Part shown: positions 49,064 through 60,919 of the stretch, in pieces
How positions within the stretch are numbered: the first letter of the stretch is position 1
Layout of the letters: each line of letters begins with the position of its first letter
Notes under the pieces: generated by a model
What the model saw: the letters and a program-made list of their open reading frames with translations, nothing else
Told to the model about the DNA's origin: nothing
Database searches by the model: none
Made by a program: the position numbers and the translations under genes
DNA from: Fistulifera solaris
Taxonomy: Eukaryota
Length of the DNA: 64,000 nucleotides
Direction: 5' to 3'
Assembly: GCA_030295235.1 (NCBI GenBank)
Contig: AP026140.1
Coordinates: 310,001 to 374,000, forward strand

Positions 49064-49215
49064 GAAACGACGTTAAAATTCTTCCTCGCCGTAGGCTCTA
49101 CGTAGAAATCTGTACTGAGAGGCAGAATTTTTTTCCGAAACGGCGTTAAAATTCTGCCTCTCCGTAGACGCTACGTAGAATCTTGTACTGGAAGGCAGAA
49201 TTCTAACGTCCTTTT
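49064..49215. mobile_element. Two tandem copies of the 79-bp palindromic repeat
   Basis: Copy 49064-49135 (right arm lacks AACGTCC) and copy 49137-49215. Both align end to end with 28821-28899. Confidence 0.85.
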
Positions 49216-50111
49216 TCGTTACTTTTGACGAAGTCTCGTTCTTTACAACGCCGATGCACCGACTTGGAGTTGAGCAGTTTAAAATGCTCCCGCTAGTAAT
49301 ATTAGTACAGTCATGGAGTCGTGATTTCCCTGAACGTCATCCATGTGTTTTTTGTCTGCGCATCTGAATCACGATCTGAACTATTAGTCGTTTCATTGTA
49401 AGGATATCATAATCCATCCGTGAACCTGAGAGCTAAGCCCCCGCGAGAAAGATATACTTTGTTCTTTTCAAAACGCTAGTAGCGAGAGAAGAAGCAGAAG
49501 CTCATCTGCTCTTGTTTTCTTGTTTTATAGGCGAGCTATGAGAACCCTTTCTGTAATGACGATTATTATGGTGGTTTTGTGGATGATGACGATGTGGTGA
49601 GTAACCTGCAAATGGTTTGAAAGTGTGAATTATTCTCAAACAAAGCTACTGACGCTCAAGGTCAAGCTTCTAAGAAGCTGTTTAGTCTGCAACGGAGTTT
49701 TTCGAACTTCCGTTTCACCGCAACTGTAAGACTCGAAACTTAGAATTTACAACTTGGTTCATGTTTTATACTTAGTTCCGCAGCACTTTCGATAAAATCT
49801 GAACTAAACAGCAAGGTTTCATGTTCCACACCTACGGATGACATTTTACATTTGCCCTTCAAAAATAAGCACCTTTCAAGTCGTCGCCGTTCCGATCATA
49901 ATTCGCGTCAGGATCATTTTGAGAAGCCCGAGTTGTTTCGTCGCTATTCGCAGCCTCCTCTGTGCATTGTCAACCCCGGCATACATTTTTCGTTTCGCAG
50001 GTAGGTGAATTATCGAGTATTTAGCTCTTCCTGGTTTTCATATTCTAAGCGATTTAATGATTCTTTTCCTCACAAAGTTCTGACAGCACAAAGTTCATCC
50101 TTTTCGGAAAA

Positions 50112-51171
50112 ATGAAGGTAGCGAAAACGCTGGAAAAGAAGCGCAAGACGGTCAAAGACGGGCCACGTCGTCCTCTCACGGCTTACAATCTTTTCTTTCA
50201 AATTGGCCGCCAACGTCTAGTAAACGGAGAATCCGTCGACGACATCTCCGTTACTGACATTGACAACATGACTATCCACCAACAAGCAAGGCACAAGCTG
50301 AGGACTACACACCAGCGAACTCACGGAAAGATTGGTTTTCAAGAGCTGGCCAAGACATTGGGCGAAAAGTGGAGGGCTCTCGATCCGCTTTGTAAACGTC
50401 GCTTGGATGAGCTCGCAGTACAAGAGAAAAAGCGGTATGCAACGGAAATGGCCGCTTGGAAAAGAATCGAGAAGCTTCGTCTTCCAAGAATGCTAAGAAT
50501 ACTACCCTTGTGAGACCTTCCTCCATGAATCTTCGAGCGAGGAACATCTCTGCGCAGTCAAGCAAAAGAAAATTCCCCAGACCCAACCAATGCCTCGGTA
50601 CGCAATTGCGAAGCACCCCGTTGACCATACGCCAGGCTACCATGATGAAGGAAATGACGTAGCGAATCCAGAGGGCTTTCACAGATATGTACCCCCTCCT
50701 ACAGAAATTCAAGCGGGTTTCCATCCGTCCAGCTTGCAAAATGAGCACTTTCAACAGTACACGGCATATATCGAATCGTATCATAACCATCCGTATGATG
50801 CACCGACGGGTGTGTGGCAAGGGGCGACCGGTACCACGCAAACGTCTTCACAGCCCTATTGTACGGTACCTTGTGAAACCTTCCATCCCCTTTCGCCGCG
50901 GAAGGTCAGTCTCTCTAGCTGTCAGACCATGGAGCGCGCCGCATCCTACGATGGTATCGAACCCGTACAAATCAAAGAGTGGACTCAGCCGCCGCCGCAC
51001 AATGCTTATGAAGACTATCTTCATCGATATCCGGTGGCTCGCCCTATCGAGCAACACGCTCATCTCTCGTGCGAAGAGACCAACATGGTTCATTCCTTGA
51101 CCAACATTGACATGGACTTTTTGTCCGTGCACTGCGAAGACAACGATGATATCTCGGTCCTGGGTATGTGA
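50112..51171 (+). CDS. HMG-box transcription factor
   Basis: PRRPLTAYNLFF..HQRTHGKIGFQELAKTLGEKWRAL..EKKRY. Three ORFs join by adding one A at 50460-50463 and one at ~50564-50572. Confidence 0.88.
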
Positions 51172-51879
51172 ACTCACCACTATATACATAAGCTGTAATT
51201 GTTTCCGTTGCGGCAAGCATGCTTCGATGGGAACTCTCTCCTTGATTATTACTCCGTAAATAGATACATGCTGCGTTTGACCTCAGGGTGCCTCTTTTCA
51301 CTTTTAGTGCGCTGGTAAATTAAAGTATCGCGGTAAACGAGCATTGTCAACCAAGCTTCAAATTAACTTTTAGTTTCTCTTACTTCGTGCGTCCCTTTTT
51401 TGGTGTAAGTAAATTGATTGTTTTGTCAGCCAGTGCTATTTGCCCCGGACCTCGACAGCCCTTTGGCTCCATCACACGATTAAGTAATCAAGGCTTATAA
51501 ACTTAGTACAAACCTCACAGCGAGAGAGTGTCAATCATACTAGAAATAAATCATCATCGCATTCATCATCAATCATCGCATTCATCGACGCATTATTATG
51601 CTGCTGCGTACTGGTGAAAGAAAAAGCGAAGAGAATCAATCGATCATTCACAAGAGTGTTCTCGCAATACCGCTCTCTAAGTAAAAAATGTGAAGCATGT
51701 TCTGAGCGAAAATATCCATTAAACATAAACCGTGTATCAAAATCTGCACCTATTATATATTGCACCCTCTGCTGCGCGTTTTCTTCCCATGCAACGGATC
51801 ATTCGATCTGGGGGCGACGAGGGAGTGGTGTCAACAAGAAGCAAACTACAATAAATTCATATTCTATCAAAGATTCACC

Positions 51880-52576
51880 ATGACAACTTACTATCAGGTT
51901 CTGGAGGTACCATCGGACGCGTCGCTTTTAGACATCAAAAAAGCGTACCGACGTTTAGCGCTACAGCATCACCCCGATCGGAATCACGGAAGCGCCGCAT
52001 CGACGGAGCGTTTCAAAAGCATCAGTGAAGCGTACGAAGTCCTTTCCGATCCGGAACAAAGGAAAGAATACGATCGGAGTCTGCGGCTCGGGGCATCTAC
52101 AACAACAGCGCGACCTTCCTATTCTGCACCACCTCGTTATAGGAATCCGTACGATCAGTTTGACGATTTATTCCGCAATGATCCGTTTTTCAGCGAAGCG
52201 TTTCGCGATCTGGACGATGCTTTCGTACAAAAGTTTCAAAGTAAGGCTCCGCGATCGCAAAAACATCCGCAAGGTTGGCTTCCTTGGATTTTTGAACATG
52301 TGCGGTATTGATTTGGAGATGAGCACCACCTACCGATCGAACGATGGTACCTTCACCGCAACTCAATACAGTTCCAAGGCGGGAAAGACGTACACGGACC
52401 GCAAGACGAGAACGTATCGAGATGAGCGGGGTCGGCAAGTCACCGTGCATTCGATGGAAAAAGATGGTGATAGGATTGAAGACAAGTATATTGATGACGT
52501 GCGGGTAGAGAGAAGCATCAATGGAGTTCGACTGCCCATCGAATCGGTCATGTCAGAAGACTCGGGAATACAATGA
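51880..52576 (+). CDS. DnaJ (Hsp40) protein, DNAJB6-like
   Basis: [37 protein letters not shown], then an F/D-rich linker. The C-terminal ORF joins by removing one T at 52289-52293. Confidence 0.92.
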
Positions 52577-53309
52577 TGAGAAAGGAAACGCTTTCCTGTT
52601 GTCAAGTCTTTTATTTGCGACAAAGATGTGCGTTGGAAGTAGGTATTCCACTCCTCCCATGTCACTTTTTGCAGGCTTTTTCAGCTCTGATTGTTGAGGA
52701 GAGTTTTATGTCAACACCGTGGTTCTCTGCATCGGCAAGGGCTGGTACGAAATTCGAGGCTTACAGTTATTATAAGCAACAAGGGTAAAGGGAGCCATTT
52801 CTATAAATGATGCCGACCGACTTTCACCTATCCGGATTCGACTGTTGCCATGAGTAGTCCTAGACTAATCTTACATGATTCAACGTATCTATAACTTCAT
52901 TTAGTCAGTCCTGCGGATCTGTTTTCGCGCGGATCGTCTTTGTAGCTGCTGCAGTGCAGGAAATTGACGTGGGCAAAAAAATCTGAATGAAACAAGCTTT
53001 ACTCAAAGACTTTCGTCTCCATCATCTCAACTTTGTGGAGAACTTTTGTCGATTTATAGATGATAGCCACCAATGCATTGCATCTTCGATAACCTCTTAT
53101 ATTATGTAGCTAAAAAATTACTATAGTCCCAAGTGTAGGTTTACAGTCACCAAGACTGCATTTCAGTGAGTCACGATTTCCATTGAATTGTTTTAACGAT
53201 ATGATGCTTCAAATGTTTTACTCGTTTGAACTTTGAACATTGAGAGGTCGGTAAACGATTGAACTTAGAATCAGCGACAAGAAGAAGGATTTTTCAAAAG
53301 AAGTCGACG

Positions 53310-54747
53310 ATGCTTTCGCAATCACTGAGACGCTTGCGACCGATTTGGGGGGAACTTGCAACTACTAGGTCTCGTAACTCGCCTCTCGAGATGTGCCTTT
53401 CGACGGCTCATAACAGCAATCATAGTCATACGAACAGCCAGGACGACACTACACGCGACTGGGACTATCAATTTCAAAAACTCCGCGAACACATTCTAGC
53501 CATTGAAGCCGGAAAACGACGGAATGCCCATATTCCGTATCCACAAAACGACCCTGTCTTGGCGAAATGGATGAAGCTTCAAAGGGATGTCTACTATTCT
53601 CGACTAAAAGGCAAAACGAGTCCGTTAACACAACAGCAAAAAGAAAAACTTGAAGCGATCGGCTATCCCAATCCTACACATTCAAAGTTCTGGGAGGAGC
53701 GATTTTCCCAACTAGAAGACTTTGTGCGTTCACATGGCTGTTTTCCGTACGATCGAGAGCTCTCTGAGCTTTCGGATGCGGATCGGAAGCTTTACTGGTG
53801 GTGCGAGAGTCAGAAAAAGGCCTACAAATTGCAACGAACGGGACAAACTTCGCCCATGACGGCCGAACGAGAACAAAAATTGAATCAATTGGGGTTCTGC
53901 TGGAATGCGGACGAAGAGAGTTGGCACAATCGTTACCAGGAACTAGTAGAATATCGCAAAGAACACGGAGACTGTCTCGTACCGGCAAATTATGTCAATG
54001 CGTCGCTGGCGAAGTGGGTGGGGCAACAACGATTTCAGTACAAACTATTCATTGAGGGCAAACCGGGTGGTATCGCGAAGGAGCGTATTGATTTGCTTAA
54101 TGAATTAGATTTTGTATGGAATGCATTCGATGCGATTTGGTCGGCACGATACGAAGAGTTGCGTCAGTATCGTGAGCGTCACGGTAATTGTCGTGTGCCT
54201 TTTGACTATCCCGAAAATCCGTCTTTGGCGTTTTGGGTGATTGAACAAAGGAGACTTTACAACAACAATGCCCATGGAATGCCGGGAGAGCGAATTCAGC
54301 AGCTCGAAGACTTGGGTTTTGAATGGAATGTACAAGATGCTAAATGGTGGGATCATTACAACGAGCTGCGAAAGTATCATCAGCAACGTGGGGATTGCTT
54401 GGTCCCGACTAAATACCCGGCGAATCAATACCTTTCAAATTGGGTGCAGCGACAACGAAAACTCGGCAAAAGTGAAAAAGTTGATCAAGAACGCATCCGT
54501 GCACTAGAGTCGCTCGATTTTTGTTGGGACGCGCGAGATGCGCTTTGGATGGAACGATACAAAGAACTTGAAGAATACGTTAAAATGAATGGGTACGGAA
54601 ATGCTCCTTCGGCCAAGCATCTTCCGTCACTGAAAAAGATGGTTCAGCAACCAAGTAAAACAGCAAAGGCTTCGCCTGGAAGGACAACCGAGTAGTATGA
54701 CCGAGAGTCGATTGCAACGATTGAAGAAACTGGGTTTTATTCTTTAG
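53310..54747 (+). CDS. Helicase-associated (HA) domain repeat protein with six repeats and a mitochondrial-type presequence
   Basis: Repeats of W..RY.EL..Y...HG.C.VP..L..WV..QR..L..LGF.W. The sixth repeat is completed (LKRWFSNQ..RLKKLGFIL*) by removing one A at 54633-54637. Confidence 0.88.
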
Positions 54748-54874
54748 CCATTGAAAGCTGGCATAATACTGGAACGCGCAATTTAGACTGTGCATATCTC
54801 GCTGTCTTTGGCAAGCACCATTTACTGGTGGCGGGTGACTGTAATATTTGTTAGTGGCTCGGTCGATGACGCAT

Positions 54875-56931
54875 TTACTTGCGCTTTTGTGGAGGAGTAA
54901 AGAAGTCGTTCATATCCATCCCAAAATATTCTTCGAAGTCTGCAATGGTGGAGCGAAGATCCGTGAGACCTGATAAATCAAGTGTGAAAAAATACAGCAC
55001 AAGCGGTATCCTTACCGTCAAATCGCAAACCGAGACCCGAAAAGTCACTTTTGACTTCGTTCCACATGTTCCCCCTCGATTCCATCTTATCGGCTAGCTT
55101 CGCTCTCCTTTGTAGTTCCTCGAACCCCCACGTAGCCTCTTCCGATGTAGTAAAGCACCCAAAGTAGCCATGAGGGACGGCGACGCCTAAAGAAAGTCGA
55201 GTGATCGGTCCCCGAGAAACGTCGCTTGCATTCAATATAATCAGCTCACTTTTCTTTCTTCTTTCCATCGTACAAGACGGATAAGATGTAACCGGAATTC
55301 TCTGAGACTTCGCCACCCTTTCTCGGTGCGTACATGGGTTCACCACAGAATTCATGTGATTCTGGCATCCAGGTTTGAACTTGTTGTGTCTCGCAATCGA
55401 AACAGGCAATGCCTTGAGGTGGTGCTGCCTGTGCTCCAGTAGCACCGATGTTCATATACATGAATCTATGGCGCTGTGTGCTGTACTCTGGATTGATCAC
55501 TCCGAAACAAGAATGGCCTGGGAAAAGTTCAGTCTTTGTGATCACTCCTCGGCGAGTATCAATAGTATACCGCCATAAGGATTTTCGAGACGCAACGGCA
55601 CGATAGTGTTCGAGCGACTCGGCCCATGGCCATTGCAGCGACCGACTAGCATCGAGTGACGAGCCATCTGATCGAATAGCATCCATGATTATGTTATCTC
55701 CATCTTCGTAGGCGTTAATAAATTGTGCATTAGCGTCCGAAACGTCATCCACCGGAATAGAAAAACTCTCCGGAGCTTTGCCACTTCCGGGCCGTGGAAT
55801 CAAATGCAGCATGGCGGGTCCATTCCCCACAGTCAGCACGGAACCAGGCTCCTTGGACAGGAGGAATTTCATCCCATTTACTGAGATATCCGGCTGTACA
55901 AACACTCCATAATTCGTGGTAGCAGCAAAATCGTTGATGAGCGCCAAGCCAGGAACATTCGTCAAAGAACGACCTCCTTCCACCAAAGCGAAGTTGGCGT
56001 CAAACTCATAGGTAACAATCTCGGATTGTTTCGCACCCGTTTCCACAGAATGGAACAAAGCTCGTTTCTGGATGGGATCGTACACCATTTTACAACTAAA
56101 GGGCATTTCCTCTTTCGGAATGGCGCCACCCAATCGGGATCGTCCTTCGGTCGACAATGCCAAGGCGTCCATTTTAAACGGTTGACCTCCATCCCACAGA
56201 CTGATCAGTCGTTTCGCCCAATACACAGGTCTCGTATTCGATGTATTTTTACGCAAACGATTGAGCCCGGGTTGTAAATGATACCGAAACAGTGGCAACG
56301 GGATATCATTGGCCAAGGAAGGTCCCAATTGACGTGTCGAATCCATGCCTTCGTATAATTTCATGCCTTTTTTGCGTTCGTTGGTGAATCCGGGTGTACG
56401 TACGTATCGAAACCGTGCCGTCACTTCCACCGACGATCCCTCCTCGCCGTCGTTCGCACGAGGAGAAAAGGTAATACCGAGTATGGCACCATCTCCTTCG
56501 TAGGGATGTTGTACCATACGCTCCGGTTGTTGACCATCGGGAACAGGATCCTGTTTGGGTTGTACAATCACCGTTTTGGGTGGCTTGATCGAGCCGGCAC
56601 TGAACATGGCTGGACCGGAACGAAAATAACTGCCCACTAGATCATCAGGAATTTCTCCCTGGGTGGGTATGCACAAATGATATGGTAATTCTGTGAACAC
56701 GGTCGTATAACCTGACGCGAAAGCGGTCATGTCAGGTTCTTTGCTTGTCGTCGAAGGGGTTGTTGTCGTCGAAGAGTCTTCCTGTGGTATCGTCGCCATT
56801 TTATACCGTTTCCATGTCCTTATTTCATTGTTTGAAAAGGGCGATTGAAAGGCATATACCGAGTGTGATCTGAACATTATCAATGACAATGTCAAAACAC
56901 AGGAAAGATCTGCCGATAATACAGACCTCAT
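54875..56931 (-). CDS. Plastid-targeted carotenoid oxygenase (RPE65/CCD)-fold protein lacking the iron ligands
   Basis: Signal ..SVYA-F. GEIPDDLVGSYFRSGP, HPYEGDG, RYVRT, KNTSNT, NAYED, GEPMYAP, GYILSV, SELIILNA. One extra base at 55250-55253; intron 55015-54940; last exon 54939-54875. Confidence 0.88.
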
Positions 56932-57683
56932 CGTGTGATCTTTGCTTTCTTGATAGTAACGTAGCAGCGTATTTAGATCGTTTTGCTCACCCAGAGATAA
57001 TAAAGTCAAATGCGGTAAACGGGGTCGTTGAAACGGGTCGTTGTGAAAATTCGATTATAGGACTTGCTTTGTTCTTCTTCCTTTCAACAAAATCTTCTGT
57101 TTTCCTTTCTCCTTCGGTCGCTCTGAATCATTCCTCGATTATTGTTTGACGATGATGTGAATGATGATGCTGCACAGCAGTGGACGCGGGACGCGAGCAA
57201 TAGGCGCGGAATAACCAGCCAATAGAAATTCATCAAAGGAACGTCAGCGCGCGCGCCCGCTTATTTGCTCCAAAATACAGAGGACTACGTACAGTCGTAC
57301 AGACATGCACTCGGGGCTCACAAAATCACACAAGAAAACTAAGTTCTTGGGCAATCTAGATTCTCTAGATAGAAGAATTACTCATGCGACAATTGGTTGT
57401 GTTTATTAGGTAGTTCGACGGCACTTGCTACGTAGTGTGATTGCATAGTCGAATTACTTTCGCAGAAAGGGCACAGCCACGCCGATTTCCACTCGATGCT
57501 CCAATTTTCTAATTCAACTATCTAAGCTTTCCTTACAAACATCTTCTTCAAGCCTTCCCAAGCTGTGATTGTGCCGCGCGGTAGGGCTCGTGTCGTTTTC
57601 ATTTCGCGAGTTAAGAAAACCCGTGTATGCATCATTTTTTAACAACCAACTCATAGAAACGCCGAAGTTCCCTCCATTGCCGA

Positions 57684-58201
57684 CTATTCGTCGTCTGCAA
57701 GTGCAGACGATTCTTCGCTTGTTTTGAGCTTCTTCTGTTGACTTCCCACTACCACCACGTCTCTCTTTTTGTGACGAAATGGAGCGTGTTCAGTTGCCAT
57801 GGCCAATTCTTCCACAACAAATTGTGTTACATCGTTCTCCTTCGGCCGAACCTGGGCCAAAATTAACGTTTTGTGCAAATCGGGCATACTTCGTACCAAT
57901 GATTGCATTTGTCGCCAGTCCAGATAGCCGTCTATGATGCAGCAACAATAATATCAGCACAATAGAGTCGTTTACACGCGACAAAATCTGGTCTTTTTAG
58001 CGAAATAATCCAACACAAAAAGGTCGTACCTTCCTGTACAACATGAACACAAAAGTCGGAGTGAACTCGAGAAGGATCATCGGCATACAAGACCAACTCG
58101 CAGCCAAACTGCAATCCAGAATGCACCCGGTAGCCCTTGGCTTCGAAATGCTTTCGGACAATGCGGACGCGCGATTCCCACGGATCCGATACAACTTCCA
58201 T
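57684..58201 (-). CDS. tRNA-splicing endonuclease catalytic subunit (Sen2/Sen34-like), 139 aa
   Basis: Intron 58029-57932. GYRVHSGLQFGCELVLY..DP..VHS..R...LHKTLILA retains the Tyr/His/Lys triad. Confidence 0.85.
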
Positions 58202-58508
58202 TCTTCCGTGTCGTGATTGATAAAAGATAAATAAAAGTCAAGGATCTTCAACCACAAAGCCAGAATACCTGTATACTTTGTATAGAGAAGGCAGGCAATC
58301 TTCAAGATTTTTCTGCAAAAGATTTCTGCGGTATGACGATATCCATATATGCAAGCGCAGACGGACGGACATAGCTAATTGGACTCCAACGATGCGAGAC
58401 TCAATAAAGAAATCCAGTCCCGGAAATATATTGACCGCTATTTTCAAATTTCATTTTCATTTCATCAGATTGTTCCGCTTGATTGTTTTGAACGAATCAT
58501 TCATTACA

Positions 58509-59549
58509 ATGTCATCACCCGCCTCGCTTCCACGCATAGGTCTTGGTATGGCTGCATTGGGGCGCCCAGGATATATCAACTTGGACCGATACATTACGTT
58601 CGGTTCCGATCATTCGCAACGGACGGTCGACCGGATGCAGACGCAAAGCAACCTTGTTTTGGATCGGCTTTTCCAACTCTGCTCTACTCTTCATCAATCG
58701 AATGCTGCTAACAATTTATCAGGCAACAACTGCAGTTCTCTGCCATGGATCGATTGTGCCCGATCGTACGGGCTGTCGGAACGATTTGTTGGCGAATACT
58801 TGCGATCGCGTCACATTTCCCCGAACGATGTGTACGTGAGCTCCAAATGGGGGTACGCTTACGTTGCGAATTTCGCTGTTACATTGCCCGGAACTGCACC
58901 CCACGAAATCAAAGATCATTCCGTGGAACAATTTCTGAAACAAGTGAAAGAAACGGATTCGTTTCTCGGGGAATACATCAATCTGTATCAGATTCATTCC
59001 GCAACCTTCGAGTCCGGCGTTCTCGAAAACGTTCAAGTACATCATGCACTGGATCAATGTCGCCGAGAGCGAGGATGGAAGATTGGATTATCGGTATCGA
59101 GTCCGCAACAGGATCAAATTATTCGTGCCGCCATGAAGATTCGCGTCGACGATCGACCACTATTTGACTCAGTACAATGCACTTACAACCTACTCGAGCA
59201 ACGCCCGGGACCTGCACTGCAAGAGGCGCACAACATGGGGATGGATATAATAATCAAAGAAGGCTTGGCCAATGGTCGGATACTACGCCAATCTGCCGTG
59301 ATCCGATACAGTGAACAGCTAGCGTGTCAACCGGATCAACTTGCTTTAGCTGTAATTTTGGCACAACCTTTTCAACCACGTGTCTTATCAGGTGCCGTGA
59401 CGCCCGAACAACTCAAGTCGAATTTTCAAGTTGCTTCCGTCCAAGAGAAGCTGCAAGCGAATCCTTCCTTGTTGAAAGAAATTATGGAAGCTTGTGTGGT
59501 TCCCAGTGAGGAGTACTGGGCAGAGAGAGCAGCGTTAGAATGGAATTAA
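58509..59549 (+). CDS. Aldo/keto reductase
   Basis: GLGMAALGRPGYINL, DCARSYG.SE, SSKWGY, LYQIHSA, IGLS, Q.TYNLLE, KEGLANG, VLSGA. Confidence 0.92.
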   Translation: MSSPASLPRIGLGMAALGRPGYINLDRYITFGSDHSQRTVDRMQTQSNLVLDRLFQLCSTLHQSNAANNLSGNNCSSLPWIDCARSYGLSERFVGEYLRSRHISPNDVYVSSKWGYAYVANFAVTLPGTAPHEIKDHSVEQFLKQVKETDSFLGEYINLYQIHSATFESGVLENVQVHHALDQCRRERGWKIGLSVSSPQQDQIIRAAMKIRVDDRPLFDSVQCTYNLLEQRPGPALQEAHNMGMDIIIKEGLANGRILRQSAVIRYSEQLACQPDQLALAVILAQPFQPRVLSGAVTPEQLKSNFQVASVQEKLQANPSLLKEIMEACVVPSEEYWAERAALEWN

Positions 59550-59961
59550 GATATCGAAATAACTTTGCTACTAAATTTAATGAATTACAGCTTGTCATCT
59601 TTTTCGGTTTAAAAAATTAGGTACAGTAGTGAATAACAAAGTCTTTAGTAGAAAATCCAGTCACGAGTCGTACCGGTAAGCAATTCTCCGCCGCTTACGG
59701 AGTATTATTTTCTGACTTCTGACAATAAAACTTTGCTAGAGATAGATGGACGATCGACGATGGCGGACGATCGTTGTTTGGTCATCAGTCAACGTTCACA
59801 AACAATACTGGACAGCTAATAAATTCATGGCACGAAAGAAATCGCTCAATCTCGCTCTTTGTTGCTATACACTCTTTGCGAAACGATATTCGGTCGAGTG
59901 CTCATTCATAAAAGAAAGAACCCTTTGTTTTCCTGCTCATCGACAAGTTCACAGCTTCTCC

Positions 59962-60639
59962 ATGACAGCCATGGAAGATCCAGTGGCCAAGATGGGACTT
60001 CCAGGTCCTCTTATATTAGGATCTGGATCTTTTACAAGAAAGCTTATATTAAAAGAAATGGGCATTAACTTTCAGGTCATCAAACGACCCATCGATGAAA
60101 AAAGTTTGGGCGATCGAACATCCAATCCGGAGGACTTGGTTCTCACCCTAGCTAAGGCTAAAATGGACCATTTAGTTAATGAAATAATAGCCGGTCGCTG
60201 CGATGACGAACTGCCGAAGCACGCCGCGTCAGAATGGATTGTTTTGACGGGCGATCAAGTTGTCGTATGCGACGGATCCATTTTAGAAAAGCCCGACTCT
60301 GTTCAGGAAGCCAAGGAGTTTGTCAGCAAGTATGCGTTGACGCCACCTAGTACAGTCGGATCTTGTGTGATAAAGCATATCCCCTCTGGTATTCAAGTCG
60401 AAGGAGTGGATACAGCCACCATCTACTTTAAGCAGGCGTTGAATGCCGATGAATTGGTGGATAGACTGCTAGCGAGCGATGCCCCCATCTTAGGTTGTGC
60501 TGGAGGCCTTATGGTGGAGCATCCTTTTGTTCGAGAATACTTAGACAGGATTGATGGAACGGAAGACAGTGTTTTGGGACTTAGTAAACGTCTTGTGTTG
60601 AAACTACTTGATGATCTATCGGCAAAACTAAGGAGCTAA
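59962..60639 (+). CDS. Maf-like nucleotide pyrophosphatase
   Basis: LILGSGSFTRKLIL, IDEK, LAKAK, TGDQVV..ILEKP, CAGGLMVEHP, IDGTEDSVLGL. Confidence 0.92.
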   Translation: MTAMEDPVAKMGLPGPLILGSGSFTRKLILKEMGINFQVIKRPIDEKSLGDRTSNPEDLVLTLAKAKMDHLVNEIIAGRCDDELPKHAASEWIVLTGDQVVVCDGSILEKPDSVQEAKEFVSKYALTPPSTVGSCVIKHIPSGIQVEGVDTATIYFKQALNADELVDRLLASDAPILGCAGGLMVEHPFVREYLDRIDGTEDSVLGLSKRLVLKLLDDLSAKLRS

Positions 60640-60919
60640 AGCTATGAAATAATGCAACACTTCTATCGACAAATAATTGGTCAGCTTAGACGCACCAATC
60701 CTTCATTTTTATTCTTTTACCAGAAAAGATTTCGTTACGATCCCAATCTCGTTCTGTGTTAGTATATTTCGACAAGTAGTTGTGAGAAGCACACCAAGGT
60801 CCATGGTAAGCTTCTACGCTATACAATCGCGAAATGTGAGAAGTAACTTTCATTTTTCTCCACCTGTATTTCTGGAGACACCTGTGTATGGACAAGATAT
60901 ATAATTCACGCCAAGACCT

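Noticed and set aside
49064..49215. CRISPR-like array
   Set aside because: Only two adjacent palindromic units, with no unique spacers and no cas genes, in a eukaryotic context.
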